From positions 1 to 46,106 of the forward strand of contig JASMDC010000027.1 of assembly GCA_030753015.1 (NCBI GenBank): a DNA stretch of 46,106 bases, read 5' to 3'. Position numbers and translations under genes: made by a program. Numbering within the stretch: position 1 is the stretch's first letter; the number at the start of each line of letters is the position of its first letter. Shown here in pieces: positions 44,671 to 46,106 of this stretch. Origin of the DNA: Candidatus Undinarchaeales archaeon (GTDB lineage: Archaea; SpSt-1190; JASMDC01). The notes below the pieces were generated by a model. That model did no database searches, was not told the origin of the DNA, and worked only from the letters and a program-made list of their open reading frames with translations.

Positions 44671-45578
44671 AGGACATGATCCTGACCTATCTCCAGCAGC
44701 ACGGCCCGAGCCTGCCCGTGGAGGTGAGCTCGGACATGGAGGAGGACTCTCTCATCGTTTCCGCAATGCTCTCGGAGCTTACGCATCAGAAGCTGCTCAT
44801 CCACTCCAGGATGCATATCGGCTCGGTCTCCCTGTACGCGCTCCCATCGCAGGCGGACGCCCTCCGCGAAAGGTTGCGAAGTGAGTTCATCCAGGAGCCG
44901 GCCCAAGGCGCGATAGCCCGGTTGGAGCGCGAGCATCTCATCATGGAGGATGAGGCCCGGGGACCCGAGCGGAAGGCGTTCGACACGGCACCGGACTTCG
45001 CCGAACCGTTGCGCATCCGCGTCGAGGGACGCGAGGTTCTATGCTGGGCGTGGCACGGGCTCACCGACGACGAGGTCCGCACGCTGGTGGAGCGCAAGCT
45101 CATGCCCGCGGTGGATGAGCCCAAGGCACCCGAACCGCAGCTGACGGCGCCAGTCCCGGCACCTGCCCAGACCACCCTCCCAGTACAGCGGCCCCCGCCC
45201 AGGCCGGGACTGGCGCCCGCACCACCCCCGCCGAAGGAAGGCGCTCCGGGCGAGGTCACGCCGTCGGCAGCACCCCTGTTCTCCCTGCTCAAGGGCTGGG
45301 GGCTGGACGTGCTCTCCCTGGAGGAGGAGCGAAAGGGGACCGCGTACGGCGGACTGGTCGGTGCCGCGACTCCCGCCGGGGTCCAGACGTATATCCTGCG
45401 CTACCGGAACCTCAAGAAGCAAGTGGGCCCCACCGACCTCATGGAGGCCTATGTCCAGGGTGTCGAGTCCAAGACCCCAGTGCTCTTCATCTCGGCCTCC
45501 GGCTTCTCCGACAAAGCGCGCAAGTATCACCAGGAGAACTTCCCCAACTTCATCCTCCTGGTCGAGGGGGGGGTCTGA
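44667..45578 (+). CDS. Conserved archaeal (DPANN-like) wHTH protein with Pro-rich linker and Mrr-like restriction-endonuclease-fold C-terminus
   Basis: GPSLPVEV...SAMLSEL...IGSVSLY...DFA.PL N-terminus; C-terminal LFISASGFSDKA pattern. Confidence 0.65.
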   Translation: MKDMILTYLQQHGPSLPVEVSSDMEEDSLIVSAMLSELTHQKLLIHSRMHIGSVSLYALPSQADALRERLRSEFIQEPAQGAIARLEREHLIMEDEARGPERKAFDTAPDFAEPLRIRVEGREVLCWAWHGLTDDEVRTLVERKLMPAVDEPKAPEPQLTAPVPAPAQTTLPVQRPPPRPGLAPAPPPPKEGAPGEVTPSAAPLFSLLKGWGLDVLSLEEERKGTAYGGLVGAATPAGVQTYILRYRNLKKQVGPTDLMEAYVQGVESKTPVLFISASGFSDKARKYHQENFPNFILLVEGGV

Positions 45579-45580
45579 CC

Positions 45581-45865
45581 ATGGCGCGGTTCCGCTGGGC
45601 CGAAGGCGTGGTGTCGGGCAAGGACGACCACGGCATGTACCTCCTCAACGAGAAGAGCGGGGAGACCAGCCGGTTGGACGAGGCGATGTTCTTCGTGTGG
45701 GCCCTCTGCGACGGTACCAGGAGCATCGAGGAGATGGCGCATCAACTGGCCGACGAGACAGGGGACCCGTACGAGGAGATGCTGTCGCTGGTGGCCAACA
45801 TGCTCCGGTCGCTGGTGAACCTCCGTCTCGTGGCGCAGGTGGAAGAGGCTCCTCCTGCCGCCTGA
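45581..45865 (+). CDS. PqqD family protein (RiPP recognition element fold)
   Basis: LLNEKSGETSRLDE...VWALCDGTRSIEEM..QLA...V..ML..L...RLV pattern. Confidence 0.82.
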   Translation: MARFRWAEGVVSGKDDHGMYLLNEKSGETSRLDEAMFFVWALCDGTRSIEEMAHQLADETGDPYEEMLSLVANMLRSLVNLRLVAQVEEAPPAA

Positions 45866-46106
45866 GGGATGGTTCTGTGAACTACCCCTCTCCAAGTAGA
45901 GGGGCTTCCCGCTTCGACGCTGTTTCCAGCTCCACGGGCGCATCGGGTGGTCCCCACCCTGAGCTATCCTGAATGTTGATCGTAGCGTTCTTATAAGCAT
46001 CCATCACCCTGCCCCTGAAAAATCCCTATTTCAACCGATCAGCCAGCATTCTCAGCTTTGCTCATCGTTGGCAGGATTCAGGTCTCCAGGACGCGACCGT
46101 TGTCGC

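Noticed and set aside
46040-46106. Possible 3' end of a minus-strand gene at the window edge
   Set aside because: Too short to assign a frame or product.

Overview
GC-rich archaeal chromosomal segment. BRE-TATA promoters lie about 22-26 nt upstream of mostly leaderless ATGs. The 44667-45578 protein resembles a family I associate with DPANN archaea, so the lineage call is an inference. Left end (1-5.5 kb): truncated pyruvate kinase, hypothetical genes, a GIFT/IFT52-like protein, and a tnpB-only IS200/IS605 (IS1341-type) element with IS608-like ends (2750-4174). It also holds two copies of a 24-bp palindrome flanking a small gene, and three copies of an unannotated structured non-coding element. 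That element has a conserved hairpin scaffold, variable linkers and its own BRE-TATA. Middle (5.8-34.2 kb): a large tailoring/biosynthetic island. It contains six GT-C-like (ArnT/PMT) membrane glycosyltransferases in two paralog groups, two UbiU/UbiV-like U32 pairs, two radical SAM enzymes, a QueC-like PP-loop ATPase, an AsnB amidotransferase, a Trm112-fused methyltransferase, GT4, a DUF362 Fe-S protein and an HExxH protein. Right: two divergent cell-surface proteins with Tyr/Gln-rich tails (one is a 1452-aa VWA protein), an ATP-citrate-lyase-like operon with CitF, and a small operon ending in a PqqD-family gene. The best candidates for undescribed systems are the multi-copy ncRNA and the U32/radical SAM/GT-C island.
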